A model generated the notes under the pieces. It saw only the letters and a list, made by a program, of their open reading frames with translations. It made no database searches and was not told the origin of the DNA. From assembly GCA_035498555.1 (NCBI GenBank), contig DATKAB010000053.1, positions 62,608 to 126,607 of the forward strand: 64,000 nucleotides of DNA. Direction: 5' to 3'. Numbering within the stretch: the stretch's first letter is position 1; the number at the start of each line of letters is the position of its first letter. Positions 40,624-50,263 of this stretch are shown here, piece by piece. The position numbers and the translations under genes were made by a program. Source of the DNA: Candidatus Sulfotelmatobacter sp. GTDB taxonomy: Bacteria; Eisenbacteria; RBG-16-71-46.

Positions 40624-42672
40624 TCAGGCCGCTGCGACGTTGGAGGAGTGGCTGGTGGCCTGCACGCTGCGGCTCCGGGTCGGCGCCGCGAGGACGGCCG
40701 CCTGATACTGAGCGCGGTTCACCAGACGCGAGTAGCCGATGATGGACCACGAATAGAGCATGCCCCAGGTGGCGAGCCGCACCACCCACGGCAGGTCGCT
40801 GGGCGTCACCGCGAGCCGCGGCTCGAACGCGAACGGGGGCGCCGCGACCAGCTGGCTGCCCAGCATCCCGAGCGCGATCGTCAGCATGAGTATCGGTGAG
40901 AACGCGCGCCTGAAGCTGATCAGGCCGAAGCCGGGGATCAACACAGCGAGCGCGCCACGCAGCAGATTCTGAGTGCGGTCCACGCGCCTCTTGCGATTGG
41001 CGAGCAGCACGCGCGCCACCTCGGGAGCGTCGGCGGACTTCTCGGCTGCCGCGCAGGCCGGGCACAGGGCCAGCTCGCGACGCCGCTCGGCGCAGCGGCG
41101 GCACACGGTTCGACCACAGTTGCTGCAGGCGCGCAGCGGCAGCTGGCGCTGCTGCTGGAGGCCGGCGAGCACGCCCAGCACGGCCACCCCGAGCACGGCG
41201 AGCGAGAAACCCCAGCCGCGAGTCTCGAGTCGGTCGCGCCAGCCGGGAGGCAGCGCGCCGCGCGTGCTCCCGGAGGGCACCGAGCCCGAAAGCGAGCGCC
41301 AGAAGCGATTGGGCGCGATCCACTGGTCCACCAGCGCCAGGTACCCGTCTTCCGTGCTCTGGCCCTGATAGGTCTTGACCATCTCGAAGTTGATGGCCGA
41401 GGCGCGAGTGAGCGCATCGCTCGCAGCGCGGAAATCGAAGCGCTGCGTGTAGAGCTGGGAGATGTTGAACCACGCCGCCCCGTTGGACGGGTTCTGCGAA
41501 GTCGCACGGCGATAGAAGTCGAAGGCCTCGTCGCCGCGGCCCTGGCTCATCATGACGTTGCCGAGGTTGTTGAGCAGCCGGTCGTCGTTCGGCCACAGGT
41601 GGAGCGCGTGGCGATAGAGCCGCTCGGCGGCGGGCACGTCGCCGGCCCGCCTCGCCATCCAGCCGGCGGCGAAGGCCAGGAACGGATTCTCGGGCTCGCG
41701 GGCCGAGAGCTGCTCCAGCTCCTCGGCGCGCGCCGGCGAGGCCGGCTCGGTTTCGACCATCGCCACGCCGTGGAGCGGACCGCGGGCGGCGTCGAGCGGC
41801 AGGGTCAGGCGATCGAGTGCGTCCACCACCAGCGGCATTACCGCGAGGCTCGCGACCAGCAGGATGAACACGATTCGTTCGCGCGCCTGTAGCAGCGGCC
41901 AGAGCAGGGCGAGGAACAGGACCACCGGCAGCGCCGGACCCAGGCCGAGGAAGAACGGCATCGCCAGCAGCGCCCAGGACCAGGCTTCGGCGCTGGACGC
42001 GGTCACCAGTCGGCGCAGCGGTTCTCTCCAGGAATGGCGCAGCTCGGCCTGATGCACGGCGACCACCAGCGCGCCGGTGGCGAGAATGCCGAGGAACAGC
42101 GCCTGCAGGATGGCGTAGATCGTGTTCGCGCACAGCGCGAGCTGGAGGAGAAAGTTCTGGCGCGCCAGCTCGAGCACGCTGGCGTAGCGGAGCAGCGCCT
42201 GGCTCGGCTCGTGGAGCAGACTCCACGACGCGAGCGTGAGGTGCGGGGTGACGAAGGTCGGGTCGAGCTCCGCCGCGCCGCGCACCAGCCGGGCCGCTTC
42301 GTCGAGACTGCCGGACTCGTGAGCGAGGATTCCGCGGCGATAGAAGAGTCGTGCCTCGAGCGGGAGCGAGGCGATGTGATGGCGCTCCTTGTACTGCAAC
42401 CAGCCGGTGAGGTCGGTGAGCGGCGGTTGCGCTTCGTCGGCGGCGACCGCCGCAGGCGGCGGAGCGGGGGTTGTGGTCGCGGGAGCGGTATCGGCCGGAT
42501 GCTCGGTGGTGCCGGGAACGTTCGGCGCCGATCCCGCCGCGGACGCCCCGAGCGCCGTGGCGAGCACCAGCACGAGAGCGACCCCGGCCTGCCGAAGACG
42601 CCGGCCGGAGAGCCCAGATTGTCCGGCCGCTCGGCTCCTGAGCGCGCTCCCGCCGTCCAGCCATTCGAACAT
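40624..42672 (-). CDS. polytopic membrane protein with TPR repeats and a zinc-ribbon (CxxC x3) motif
   Basis: Minus-strand ORF with a signal-anchor, a Pro/Thr-rich linker, several TM helices, TPR-like repeats (AERLYRHALHLWPNDDRLLNNLGNV...) and CSNCGRTVCRRCAERRRELALCPAC, followed by 2 C-terminal TMs. The start is taken at the ATG (MFEWLDGG) with an AGGGA ribosome-binding site; a longer GTG start at 42717 is possible. Confidence 0.55.
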   Translation of the reverse strand: MFEWLDGGSALRSRAAGQSGLSGRRLRQAGVALVLVLATALGASAAGSAPNVPGTTEHPADTAPATTTPAPPPAAVAADEAQPPLTDLTGWLQYKERHHIASLPLEARLFYRRGILAHESGSLDEAARLVRGAAELDPTFVTPHLTLASWSLLHEPSQALLRYASVLELARQNFLLQLALCANTIYAILQALFLGILATGALVVAVHQAELRHSWREPLRRLVTASSAEAWSWALLAMPFFLGLGPALPVVLFLALLWPLLQARERIVFILLVASLAVMPLVVDALDRLTLPLDAARGPLHGVAMVETEPASPARAEELEQLSAREPENPFLAFAAGWMARRAGDVPAAERLYRHALHLWPNDDRLLNNLGNVMMSQGRGDEAFDFYRRATSQNPSNGAAWFNISQLYTQRFDFRAASDALTRASAINFEMVKTYQGQSTEDGYLALVDQWIAPNRFWRSLSGSVPSGSTRGALPPGWRDRLETRGWGFSLAVLGVAVLGVLAGLQQQRQLPLRACSNCGRTVCRRCAERRRELALCPACAAAEKSADAPEVARVLLANRKRRVDRTQNLLRGALAVLIPGFGLISFRRAFSPILMLTIALGMLGSQLVAAPPFAFEPRLAVTPSDLPWVVRLATWGMLYSWSIIGYSRLVNRAQYQAAVLAAPTRSRSVQATSHSSNVAAA

Positions 42673-42684
42673 GCGTGCCATCCC

Positions 42685-42713
42685 TTGACAGTGCCGGAGT
42701 GCCCACCTAGCGT
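42685..42713 (+). promoter_or_regulatory. candidate sigma70-like promoter (TTGACA-17 nt-TAGCGT) in the divergent region upstream of asnS
   Basis: Perfect -35 hexamer, 17-nt spacer and a TAnnnT -10-like hexamer about 120 nt upstream of the asnS ATG. Confidence 0.3.
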
Positions 42714-42835
42714 GCACCGCGTCCCATTCGTTATCGGCCCTTCTCGGCAGCCGCTTTACGCGAGTTTCCCCGGGGCCGCCGAAGCCCGCCCGGCCTCGCG
42801 CCGGCCGGACAACTCACGATCCAAGGACCCCTGGA

Positions 42836-44155
42836 ATGAGCGCCACGCCCCTGACCGGCACGCTGCCCTGGATCCGCATCGCCGAAGCTGCGCGCCACGT
42901 CGGACAAAGCGTCGAGGTCCGAGGCTGGCTTACCCACCGGCGATCGAGCGGCAAGATCCAGTTCCTGGTGGTTCGTGATGGGAGCGGGGTGTTGCAGTGC
43001 GTCGCCGGGCGCGAGGACCTGACGCCGGAGGCCTGGCAGGCCTCGAGCGAGCTGGGCCAGGAATCCGCGCTGGTGGTGCGGGGGGATCTACGCGCCGACC
43101 CGCGCTCGCCGGGTGGGGTCGAGATGGGGCTCCGGTCGGTCGAGGTGGTTCAGCGCGCGGAAGGGTTTCCGATTTCGCCCAAGGAGCACGGCACCGAGTT
43201 CCTCATGGATCACCGGCACCTCTGGCTGCGCTCTTCCCGGCAGCAGGCCATCCTGCGCATCCGCGCCGAAGTGATTCGCGCCTTTCGCGATTTCATGGAC
43301 GGCGAAGGCTTCCTATTGCTCGACGCGCCGATCTTCACGCCCAATGCCTGCGAAGGCACGACCACTCTGTTCGAGACCAGCTACTTCGATCAGAAGGCCT
43401 ACCTGACTCAGAGCGGCCAGCTCTACAACGAAGCGGGGGCCGCCGCGTTCGGGCGCGTCTACTGCTTCGGGCCGGCATTCCGGGCCGAGAAGAGCAAGAC
43501 CCGCCGGCATCTGATCGAATTCTGGATGATGGAGCCCGAATGGGCGTTCGCCACCCTCGAGGACGTGATTGCGCTGGAAGAACGGTTGCTCGTCTTCACC
43601 GTCGGGCGCGTGCTCGAGAAGCGGGCCGAGGACCTGAAAACGGTGGAGCGCGACGTGAGGAAGCTCGAGGCGGTCCAGACCCCGTTTCCACGTCTTCATT
43701 ACAACGATGCGGTGAACCTCCTGCATCAGAAGGGCATGACCTTCGAATGGGGGGGCGACTTCGGTTCGCCGGACGAAACCGCGATCTCGGAGAGCTTCGA
43801 TCGTCCAGTCTTCGTCACCCATTATCCGGCCGCGGTGAAGGCCTTCTACATGGAGCCCGATCCCGCCGACCCGCGGCTGTGCCTCTCCTGCGACTGCCTG
43901 GCGCCGGAAGGGTACGGAGAAATCATCGGGGGCGGGCAGCGCAGCCCGTCGCTGGAGCTGCTCGAGCGGCGCATCGACGAGCATGGACTGCCGCAATCGG
44001 CGTTCGAGTGGTACAAGGATCTGCGCCGCTACGGCAGCGTGCCGCACTCGGGGTTCGGGATCGGGGTGGAGCGGACCCTGGCATGGATCGCGGGCCTGGA
44101 GCACGTCCGCGAGACGATTCCCTTCCCGCGCATGCTCTATCGCCTGGCACCCTGA
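42836..44155 (+). CDS. asnS: asparagine--tRNA ligase (class IIb; archaeal-type AspRS not excluded)
   Basis: OB-fold N-terminus; motif 2 [21 protein letters not shown] resembles AsnRS; motif 3 [10 protein letters not shown]; 439 aa. Confidence 0.75.
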   Translation: MSATPLTGTLPWIRIAEAARHVGQSVEVRGWLTHRRSSGKIQFLVVRDGSGVLQCVAGREDLTPEAWQASSELGQESALVVRGDLRADPRSPGGVEMGLRSVEVVQRAEGFPISPKEHGTEFLMDHRHLWLRSSRQQAILRIRAEVIRAFRDFMDGEGFLLLDAPIFTPNACEGTTTLFETSYFDQKAYLTQSGQLYNEAGAAAFGRVYCFGPAFRAEKSKTRRHLIEFWMMEPEWAFATLEDVIALEERLLVFTVGRVLEKRAEDLKTVERDVRKLEAVQTPFPRLHYNDAVNLLHQKGMTFEWGGDFGSPDETAISESFDRPVFVTHYPAAVKAFYMEPDPADPRLCLSCDCLAPEGYGEIIGGGQRSPSLELLERRIDEHGLPQSAFEWYKDLRRYGSVPHSGFGIGVERTLAWIAGLEHVRETIPFPRMLYRLAP

Positions 44156-44181
44156 GGGCCCGAGCGTGGCGGCCCAGGCCA

Positions 44182-44211
44182 TTGACACGAACCCGCGCCG
44201 CTCCTTACACT
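44182..44211 (+). promoter_or_regulatory. candidate sigma70-like promoter (TTGACA-17/18 nt-TACACT) upstream of the Ton operon
   Basis: Sits in the 106-nt gap between asnS and the PstS-like gene. Confidence 0.35.
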
Positions 44212-44261
44212 TGGCTCGCTTCGTTGTCTCGGCGCCTGGTGCCAGGAGCCTGAGGCGGTTC

Positions 44262-45152
44262 ATGCCTCTGGTGCCGTGCCTGGTCGTGGTTCTCGGCTGC
44301 TCTCGCAAACCAGCGCCTCCCACCGTGGAAGACTCGCTGACCAGCGGAACGATTCGAATTGCCTGCGCTCCGGAGGCCCGGGGGCTGATCGCGCGCGAGG
44401 CCGCCGCCTTTGAGGCGCTCTATCCCCAGGCCCGTCTGGAGATTCATGAAGCATCGTCGCGGGATGGCGTTGGGGAGCTGTTCGGCGCGAGGTCCGATCT
44501 GGCGGTGATCACGCGCGAGCTGAGCACCGAAGAGCGGGCGGCTGCGGTGCGAGGAAAGCTCGAGCTCGAAGGATACCGGTTCGCTCGGGACGCGGCGGTG
44601 ATGATTGCGAACTCAGAAAATCCGGTGCAGAACCTGGCGGTCGACCGGTTGCGCGAAGTCTATTCGACGGACGGCGCGCGCTGGTCCAGTCTGGGAGGCG
44701 AAGATCGGCCGGTCGAGCCGGTGGTTCTGCCGGCCGGGGCCGACCTGACGGAGTTCATGATCCAGCAGGTGATGGGAGGGCAACCGATTCGCGCACATGC
44801 GATCTACGCCGCGAACGAAGCCGAGGTGGCGAGCCTGGTGAAGAAGCGCCCGAATGCCATCGGCTACGTGTCGCTGGCGGCGGTCCCCGAGGACGTTCGC
44901 GTGCTGCGCCTCGCCGGACTGACCGGGCTGCCCTACTGGAAGCCCGACCTCGAGGCCATCTATCGCGGCGACTACCCGCTCACGCGATTCTTCAGCCTCT
45001 ACGTCCGCACCGATGGGGCGAAGCTGGCGAACGGCTTCATCACCTATGTCACGAGTCGTGAGGGCCAGGCGCTGGTCGAGCAGGCCGGGCTGGTGCCGAC
45101 CGCGGTGCCGGTCCGTTTCGTCCGTCGCTCCCCGATGTTGAGCACGCACTAG
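44262..45152 (+). CDS. PstS-family (phosphate-binding-protein-like) periplasmic substrate-binding lipoprotein
   Basis: Lipoprotein signal (LVVVLGC lipobox); PBP type-2 fold motifs (SGTIRIA, AVMIANSENPV, PNAIGYVS). No pstCAB genes are adjacent. Confidence 0.55.
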   Translation: MPLVPCLVVVLGCSRKPAPPTVEDSLTSGTIRIACAPEARGLIAREAAAFEALYPQARLEIHEASSRDGVGELFGARSDLAVITRELSTEERAAAVRGKLELEGYRFARDAAVMIANSENPVQNLAVDRLREVYSTDGARWSSLGGEDRPVEPVVLPAGADLTEFMIQQVMGGQPIRAHAIYAANEAEVASLVKKRPNAIGYVSLAAVPEDVRVLRLAGLTGLPYWKPDLEAIYRGDYPLTRFFSLYVRTDGAKLANGFITYVTSREGQALVEQAGLVPTAVPVRFVRRSPMLSTH

Positions 45153-45179
45153 GTCCCAAGAGGAGAACGATTCCCGACG

Positions 45180-46973
45180 ATGATTGGCTTCGGGCAGTTG
45201 CAGACGACGCGGCGATTCTGGCCGCGGATGGGAACGCTGCTGGTGGCCGTGGCGCTGGCGACGCCGGCGCTCGCCGACGATCTCAAGGACGCGCGCGCCG
45301 CTCTCCAGGCCGGGCGCGTCGATCAGGCCGCGACGCTGTTCGGGAAGCTGGCGAGCCAGGGCCAGATCGAGGGACACATCGGGCTCGGGCAGGTCTACCT
45401 GAAGAAGCGCCAGTATTCGAAAGCCCAGGACGAGTTCAAGCTCACCCAGCGTCAGGATCCGACGGTGGCGTGGGGATACTACGGCGAGGGTGAGGCCCTC
45501 AAGCGTCAGGGCAAGTGCGACGACGCGGTGCCGCTGATGCGAAAGGCCACCGATCTCGACAAGCGCTTCCCCGAGGCCACGCTTTCGCTCGGCGACTGCC
45601 TGGTGCAGCAGAAGCAGGTGGACGCCGCGATCGCGGTGCTCTCTCCCGGGGCCAAGTGGGGCTCCAAGTGGCGGCCGAAGTTCCTGGTGGCGCTCGGCAA
45701 CGCCGAGCTGGCGCGCGACTCGTTGCGCTCGGCCAGCGTCTACTACACGCAGGCGCGCGAGGAATCGCCCGAGGATCCGGCGCCGCGCAAGGCGCTCGGA
45801 GACTTCTACCTGTACACGCGCCGCATCGCGGAGCTGGCGATTCCCGAATACGAGGCAGCCGTCCAGCTCGATTCGTCGGACGTGGAGCTCCACTACGCTC
45901 TGGGCGAGGCGCTGTTCGCCGGCCAGCGCTACAACGAGGCGCTCGACCAATACAAGTGGGTGGTGGCGACCGACCCCGATTTCCCGCCCGGCCAGCTCTC
46001 GCTCGGCAATCTCTACTTCCTGTCGGGCCCGAACGACCCCCGCCGCTATGCCGACGCGCGCGCGCCGCTCGAGAAGTACACCCAGCTCGAGCCCAACGAC
46101 GCCAAGGGCTGGAGTCTGCTCGGCCGCACCTACTACTATCTGAAGATGAAGGACGAGGCGGTGCAGGCGATGGAGAAATCGCTCACGCTCGGCGGCGCCA
46201 ACAAAGAAACCTTCACGATCATGGCCCGCGTCTATGCCGAGAAGAAGGACTGGCAGAAGTCCCTCGACGCCTTCGCCAAGGGCGAGCCGACCTCGCGTGA
46301 CATGCTGACCATCGGCCAGATGTGGGTCTTCCTCGGCAAGCCGGAACGGGCCGACTCGATCTATCAGGCGGTGGTCGCCAAGGACTCCACCAGCGCCGAC
46401 GCCCGCTTCGCCCTGAACGAGTCGGGAAAGCTCCACTTCCGGCGCCAGGAGTACCCGATTGCCATCGCCATCTTCCAGCGGGTGATCGCTCTTGACCCGA
46501 GCAACGACGAGGCTTACTACTACCTCGGTCTGGCTTATAAGGAGTTGAAGCAGTACCCCGACGCGCTGAACGCGCTTCGGCAAGCGGCGACGCTGGCTCC
46601 CGGCAAGGCCGACCGCCAGTTCTGGCTGGGGATCCTTTACGCTCAGTTGGACTCGACGGCACTCTCGAGAGCTGCGCTCGAGAAATCGGTGGCGATCGAT
46701 TCCAGCGGGCAGTTCGCGGGTGTAGCGTATCGCCAGCTGGGTTACTACCGCCTTCTCGACAAGGAGTACGAAGGCGCCATCAGCCTGCTGGAACGGGCGG
46801 TGGCGTTGAACGACAAGGACATCCAGGCCTGGGTCTGGCTGGGGCAGGGGAATCAGAACGCCGGCCACCTGGCGCGGGCCGCTGAATGCTATCGCAAGGT
46901 GCTGGCGCTGGATCCGAAGCAGCCCGACGCGCAGAAGGGGCTGCAGTCGCTCCCCGCGGCGGCGCCCAAATAG
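45180..46973 (+). CDS. secreted TPR-repeat protein
   Basis: Signal peptide (LLVAVALATPALA) followed by multiple TPR units (e.g. AYYYLGLAYKELKQYPDAL). The opposite-strand 799-aa ORF is judged spurious. Confidence 0.65.
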   Translation: MIGFGQLQTTRRFWPRMGTLLVAVALATPALADDLKDARAALQAGRVDQAATLFGKLASQGQIEGHIGLGQVYLKKRQYSKAQDEFKLTQRQDPTVAWGYYGEGEALKRQGKCDDAVPLMRKATDLDKRFPEATLSLGDCLVQQKQVDAAIAVLSPGAKWGSKWRPKFLVALGNAELARDSLRSASVYYTQAREESPEDPAPRKALGDFYLYTRRIAELAIPEYEAAVQLDSSDVELHYALGEALFAGQRYNEALDQYKWVVATDPDFPPGQLSLGNLYFLSGPNDPRRYADARAPLEKYTQLEPNDAKGWSLLGRTYYYLKMKDEAVQAMEKSLTLGGANKETFTIMARVYAEKKDWQKSLDAFAKGEPTSRDMLTIGQMWVFLGKPERADSIYQAVVAKDSTSADARFALNESGKLHFRRQEYPIAIAIFQRVIALDPSNDEAYYYLGLAYKELKQYPDALNALRQAATLAPGKADRQFWLGILYAQLDSTALSRAALEKSVAIDSSGQFAGVAYRQLGYYRLLDKEYEGAISLLERAVALNDKDIQAWVWLGQGNQNAGHLARAAECYRKVLALDPKQPDAQKGLQSLPAAAPK

Positions 46974-46983
46974 GGGGAGTTCG

Positions 46984-47331
46984 ATGAAGCAACGCGAGGT
47001 CGGAAACATCAAGATCCTGACGCCGAAGGGCTACCTCACGGGTGGCGACGAGACCGACGAGCTCGACAAGGCCATCGAGCAGCTGAGCGAGAGTGGCAAC
47101 AAGGCGTTGATCATCAACCTCGCGGAGACCCAGCACCTGAACTCGACCGCGTTGGGCGTGCTGATTCGCGCGCACTCGAACTACGTGCGACGCGGGGGGC
47201 AGATGAAGCTGTGCTCGGTCGACAAGCGCATCGAGAACATCTTCGTGATCACCAAGCTGTCGCTGGTGTTCGACGTGTACCCCAACGAGGAGCAGGCCAT
47301 CGCCAGCTTCGCGGAGTCGAAGCCGGTCTGA
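46984..47331 (+). CDS. STAS-domain protein (anti-sigma-factor antagonist family), copy 1
   Basis: 115 aa with a SpoIIAA-like fold pattern; strong GGGGGAG ribosome-binding site. Confidence 0.7.
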   Translation: MKQREVGNIKILTPKGYLTGGDETDELDKAIEQLSESGNKALIINLAETQHLNSTALGVLIRAHSNYVRRGGQMKLCSVDKRIENIFVITKLSLVFDVYPNEEQAIASFAESKPV

Positions 47332-47351
47332 GGCCGGCGGGGGATCGGAGC

Positions 47352-47702
47352 GTGGCCATTCGCCGGAAGGAAGTTCGCACGGTGGTGGTGCTGTACCCGA
47401 AGGGGAATTTCTTCGGCGACGACGAGACGGACGAATTGCAGAAGGCGATCATGGACGAGGCGGCCGGCGGGAATGAGCGCCTCATCCTCAACATGCAGGA
47501 GTGTCAGTCGCTCAACTCGATCGCGATCGGCGTGCTGATGCGGGGATTCGCGAATTACCGCAGCCGCGGCGGCGAGATCAAGCTGTGTGGGCTGGGTAAG
47601 CGTCTTCAGGATCTCTTCACCATGACCAAGTTGATCATGGTGTTCGACCATCACGAGAGCGAGGAGGAAGCGCTCGCGGCTTTCGCGGTGGGAGCCCGGT
47701 AG
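47352..47702 (+). CDS. STAS-domain protein (anti-sigma-factor antagonist family), copy 2 (paralog of copy 1)
   Basis: GTG start; clear paralogy to copy 1 (shared GDETDEL..KAI, L..LNS.A.GVL.R...NY..RGG..KLC, TKL..VFD). Confidence 0.7.
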   Translation: MAIRRKEVRTVVVLYPKGNFFGDDETDELQKAIMDEAAGGNERLILNMQECQSLNSIAIGVLMRGFANYRSRGGEIKLCGLGKRLQDLFTMTKLIMVFDHHESEEEALAAFAVGAR

Positions 47703-47726
47703 CTCGAAGCGGAGGAGCCTCAGAAC

Positions 47727-48470
47727 ATGAGTCGTTTCATCGTTCCAATTGGGTTCGTGTCGGCTGCAGCGGTTTCGATCGCCATTTGGTACTTCCTGCC
47801 GGTTATCGGTGAACTCGGCAAGAACATCCAGCAGGGTGGCTACCTGGTGGCGGCGCTCATCATGCTCATCATCCTTCAGACCGCGTTCATCATCGAGCGC
47901 TCCTGGAGCCTTCGCAAGGCGCAGGGTCGCGGTCCGCTCACCGTGTTCCTGAACGAGGTCAGCCGCCGCCTGCACACCGGCGACGTGGACGGCGCCATCA
48001 AGGCCTGCGCGACTCAGCGGGGCTCGGCGGCGAACGTCATCCGCGCCGGCCTCGAGCGCTACCAGTCGCTGCGGGCAGAAAACGCGTCGCGCGAGAAGAT
48101 CGTGGCCGAGACCCAGGCCGCGATCGCGGAAGCCAACGGCCTCGAAGTGCCGTTGCTCGAGCGCAATCTGATCGCGTTGTCGACCATCGCATCGATTTCG
48201 ACCATGATCGGACTGCTGGGAACGGTGGTCGGAATGATCCGTTCGTTCGCCGCCCTCGGCCACACCGGCGCGGTGGACGCCACCAAGCTCGCCATCGGTA
48301 TCTCCGAGGCGCTCATCAATACCGCCGGCGGCCTGATCTGCGCGATTGCCGGAATCGTCGCCTATAACGTGTTCGTGACGCGCGTGGACGGCTTCAACTA
48401 TATGATGGATGAAGCCTCGTACGAGGCGGTCCAGCTGCTGGCCGCGTCGGCGCCCAGCGAGAAGAAGTAG
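47727..48470 (+). CDS. exbB: MotA/TolQ/ExbB proton-channel family protein
   Basis: 3-TM MotA/TolQ/ExbB architecture with the conserved C-terminal TM pair (TMIGLLGTVVGMI..F). Confidence 0.8.
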   Translation: MSRFIVPIGFVSAAAVSIAIWYFLPVIGELGKNIQQGGYLVAALIMLIILQTAFIIERSWSLRKAQGRGPLTVFLNEVSRRLHTGDVDGAIKACATQRGSAANVIRAGLERYQSLRAENASREKIVAETQAAIAEANGLEVPLLERNLIALSTIASISTMIGLLGTVVGMIRSFAALGHTGAVDATKLAIGISEALINTAGGLICAIAGIVAYNVFVTRVDGFNYMMDEASYEAVQLLAASAPSEKK

Positions 48471-48488
48471 GGGAGAGGGGCTCGAGCC

Positions 48489-48962
48489 ATGCTCAAGAAG
48501 ATGCGCCGCATCGGCATCGCCATCGACATGACGCCGATGGTCGATGTGGCGTTCCTGCTCCTGATCTTCTTCATGTGTACCACCCAGTTCAAGCCGCCCG
48601 AAAAGGACAAGATCACGCTGCCGGAATCGAGCTCCGAGGCCAAGTCTCCGGAGTCCGACATCATCACGATCGCGGTCACCAAGCTGCCTTCGGTGCGCGT
48701 GGTCTGGCATCAGGGCGGTCAGGAAGTGAACCGCGAGGTTCCCGCCGACAAGGTGGCGTCAGACCTTGGCAATGTCCTGAGCAACGCGCGTCTCGCCAAC
48801 CCGGCGGCCCGAATGATCGTCAAAATGGACAAGGATGCCCCGTACGGGGTGATGGCCGACATGATGGGCGCGCTGCAGGAAGCCAAGGCGCCGCGCTTCA
48901 ACGTACAGACCGAGCTCGAGGGCTCGGCCAATCCATTCAAGAAAGCCGCGGCCAAGCCATAG
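48489..48962 (+). CDS. exbD: ExbD/TolR biopolymer transport protein
   Basis: IDMTPMVDVAFLLLIFFM TM segment with the conserved Asp; periplasmic domain. Confidence 0.8.
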   Translation: MLKKMRRIGIAIDMTPMVDVAFLLLIFFMCTTQFKPPEKDKITLPESSSEAKSPESDIITIAVTKLPSVRVVWHQGGQEVNREVPADKVASDLGNVLSNARLANPAARMIVKMDKDAPYGVMADMMGALQEAKAPRFNVQTELEGSANPFKKAAAKP

Positions 48963-48985
48963 GTCGCTGGAGGAGGTGACGTCCC

Positions 48986-49480
48986 ATGGGTGCGGTAGAC
49001 ACCCCACAACCCAGACAAGGCAAGAAGAAGGGCAAGGGCTTCAGCCGCCCCAAGCGTCGCGTCGGTGTTCGCATCGACATGACGCCGATGGTGGACGTGG
49101 CGTTCCTGCTCCTGATCTTCTTCATGGTGACCACCGTGTTCCGGACTCCTCAGGCGCTCGAGATCAACCTGCCGCCCGACAAGGACGTCAAGGTCGAGAT
49201 CGCCCAATCCAAGGTGCTGAGCGTGCGGGTGCTCGGCGACGACCGTGCCTATTTCAAGCGCGGCGACGATCCATGGGCGCGCACCGACGTTCCGGGACTA
49301 AAAAAGGTGTTCGCGACGTACAAGGGGAACAAGGACCTGGTGGTCGTGATCAACATCGACCGTGAGTCGAAGTTCCACAACATGGTGGACATCATCGACG
49401 AGCTCGACCTGGCGAATCTGACGCGGTTCTCGCTGGGCACGCTGAAGCCGGAAGAGAAGAAGGAGGTCGAGTCGCTGTGA
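48986..49480 (+). CDS. exbD: ExbD/TolR biopolymer transport protein (second copy)
   Basis: Same IDMTPMVDVAFLLLIFFM motif; paralog of the preceding gene. Confidence 0.8.
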   Translation: MGAVDTPQPRQGKKKGKGFSRPKRRVGVRIDMTPMVDVAFLLLIFFMVTTVFRTPQALEINLPPDKDVKVEIAQSKVLSVRVLGDDRAYFKRGDDPWARTDVPGLKKVFATYKGNKDLVVVINIDRESKFHNMVDIIDELDLANLTRFSLGTLKPEEKKEVESL

Positions 49481-50196
49481 GCCAGCCGAACCTCACGCTT
49501 TACGAGTTCATGCCCTACGGGGCGCCCGAACTCAAGGAGGTCGCCAAGAAGTACATGACGCGGGCGATCGGCACTGCCGCGCTCGCGTGGCTGGTCGTGT
49601 TCGGCCTGTCCTTCGGCACTTCCGAGCTCCTCAAGCACCGTCCTCACGAGACCAGCGTGATCGTGGTGCCCTATCGCGAGCTGGCGGCGCCGCCGCCATT
49701 GACTCAGAACGAGCCTCCGCCGCAGGTGGCCATCGCCCAGCCGGTCGCGCCGCCGACCATGGGCGTCGCCGTGCCGGTCCCGGACGCCGAGGCCCCGCCC
49801 GAGCAGACCATCGCCACGCAGGAGGAGATCGCGCAGACCGCGCCTGGAATTTCCAAGGGCGACGGCGACCAGATCGTGGTCCAGCCGCCCTCCGAGGACG
49901 AGTTGCCGAAGCTCGGCGAGTACGTCTACGTCGAGGAGCTTCCCGAGGCGATCACCAAGGTCCCGCCCGAGTATCCGGACATCGCCCGCCAGGCGAACGT
50001 CGATGGCACCGTGCTCATGCAGGTGCTGGTCGGCAAGGATGGCAAGGTCAAGGACGTCAAGGTGATGAAGTCCGTCGCCATGCTCGATGCCGCGGCCATC
50101 ACCGCCGTGAAGCAGTGGATCTTCAAGCCCGCCCTTTCCAACAACAAGCCGGTGGCGGTGTGGGTGGCGGTGCCGATGAAGTTCACGCTCAACTAG
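49477..50196 (+). CDS. tonB: energy transducer TonB
   Basis: GTG overlaps the exbD stop; N-terminal TM, Pro-rich spacer, C-terminal TonB domain (YPDIARQANVDGTV ... KFTL). Confidence 0.7.
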   Translation: MSQPNLTLYEFMPYGAPELKEVAKKYMTRAIGTAALAWLVVFGLSFGTSELLKHRPHETSVIVVPYRELAAPPPLTQNEPPPQVAIAQPVAPPTMGVAVPVPDAEAPPEQTIATQEEIAQTAPGISKGDGDQIVVQPPSEDELPKLGEYVYVEELPEAITKVPPEYPDIARQANVDGTVLMQVLVGKDGKVKDVKVMKSVAMLDAAAITAVKQWIFKPALSNNKPVAVWVAVPMKFTLN

Positions 50197-50263
50197 ACCC
50201 TCGCCTCTCGCCACGCCCGGGACAGCTTTTGCAGCGCCGGTCGGGCCCGATTTGACCCCCGGT

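Noticed and set aside
44613-47012. 799-aa ORF on the minus strand spanning the PstS-like and TPR genes
   Set aside because: The + strand products show a lipoprotein signal and convincing TPR repeats with ribosome-binding sites; the minus translation is compositionally junk-like.
47727-49480. Possibility that the MotA-like/ExbD-like genes form a Zorya-type anti-phage module rather than a Ton system
   Set aside because: A bona fide TonB with a C-terminal TonB domain follows directly, and the ExbB is of normal ExbB size (247 aa) rather than the long ZorA type; a genuine Ton complex is the better explanation.
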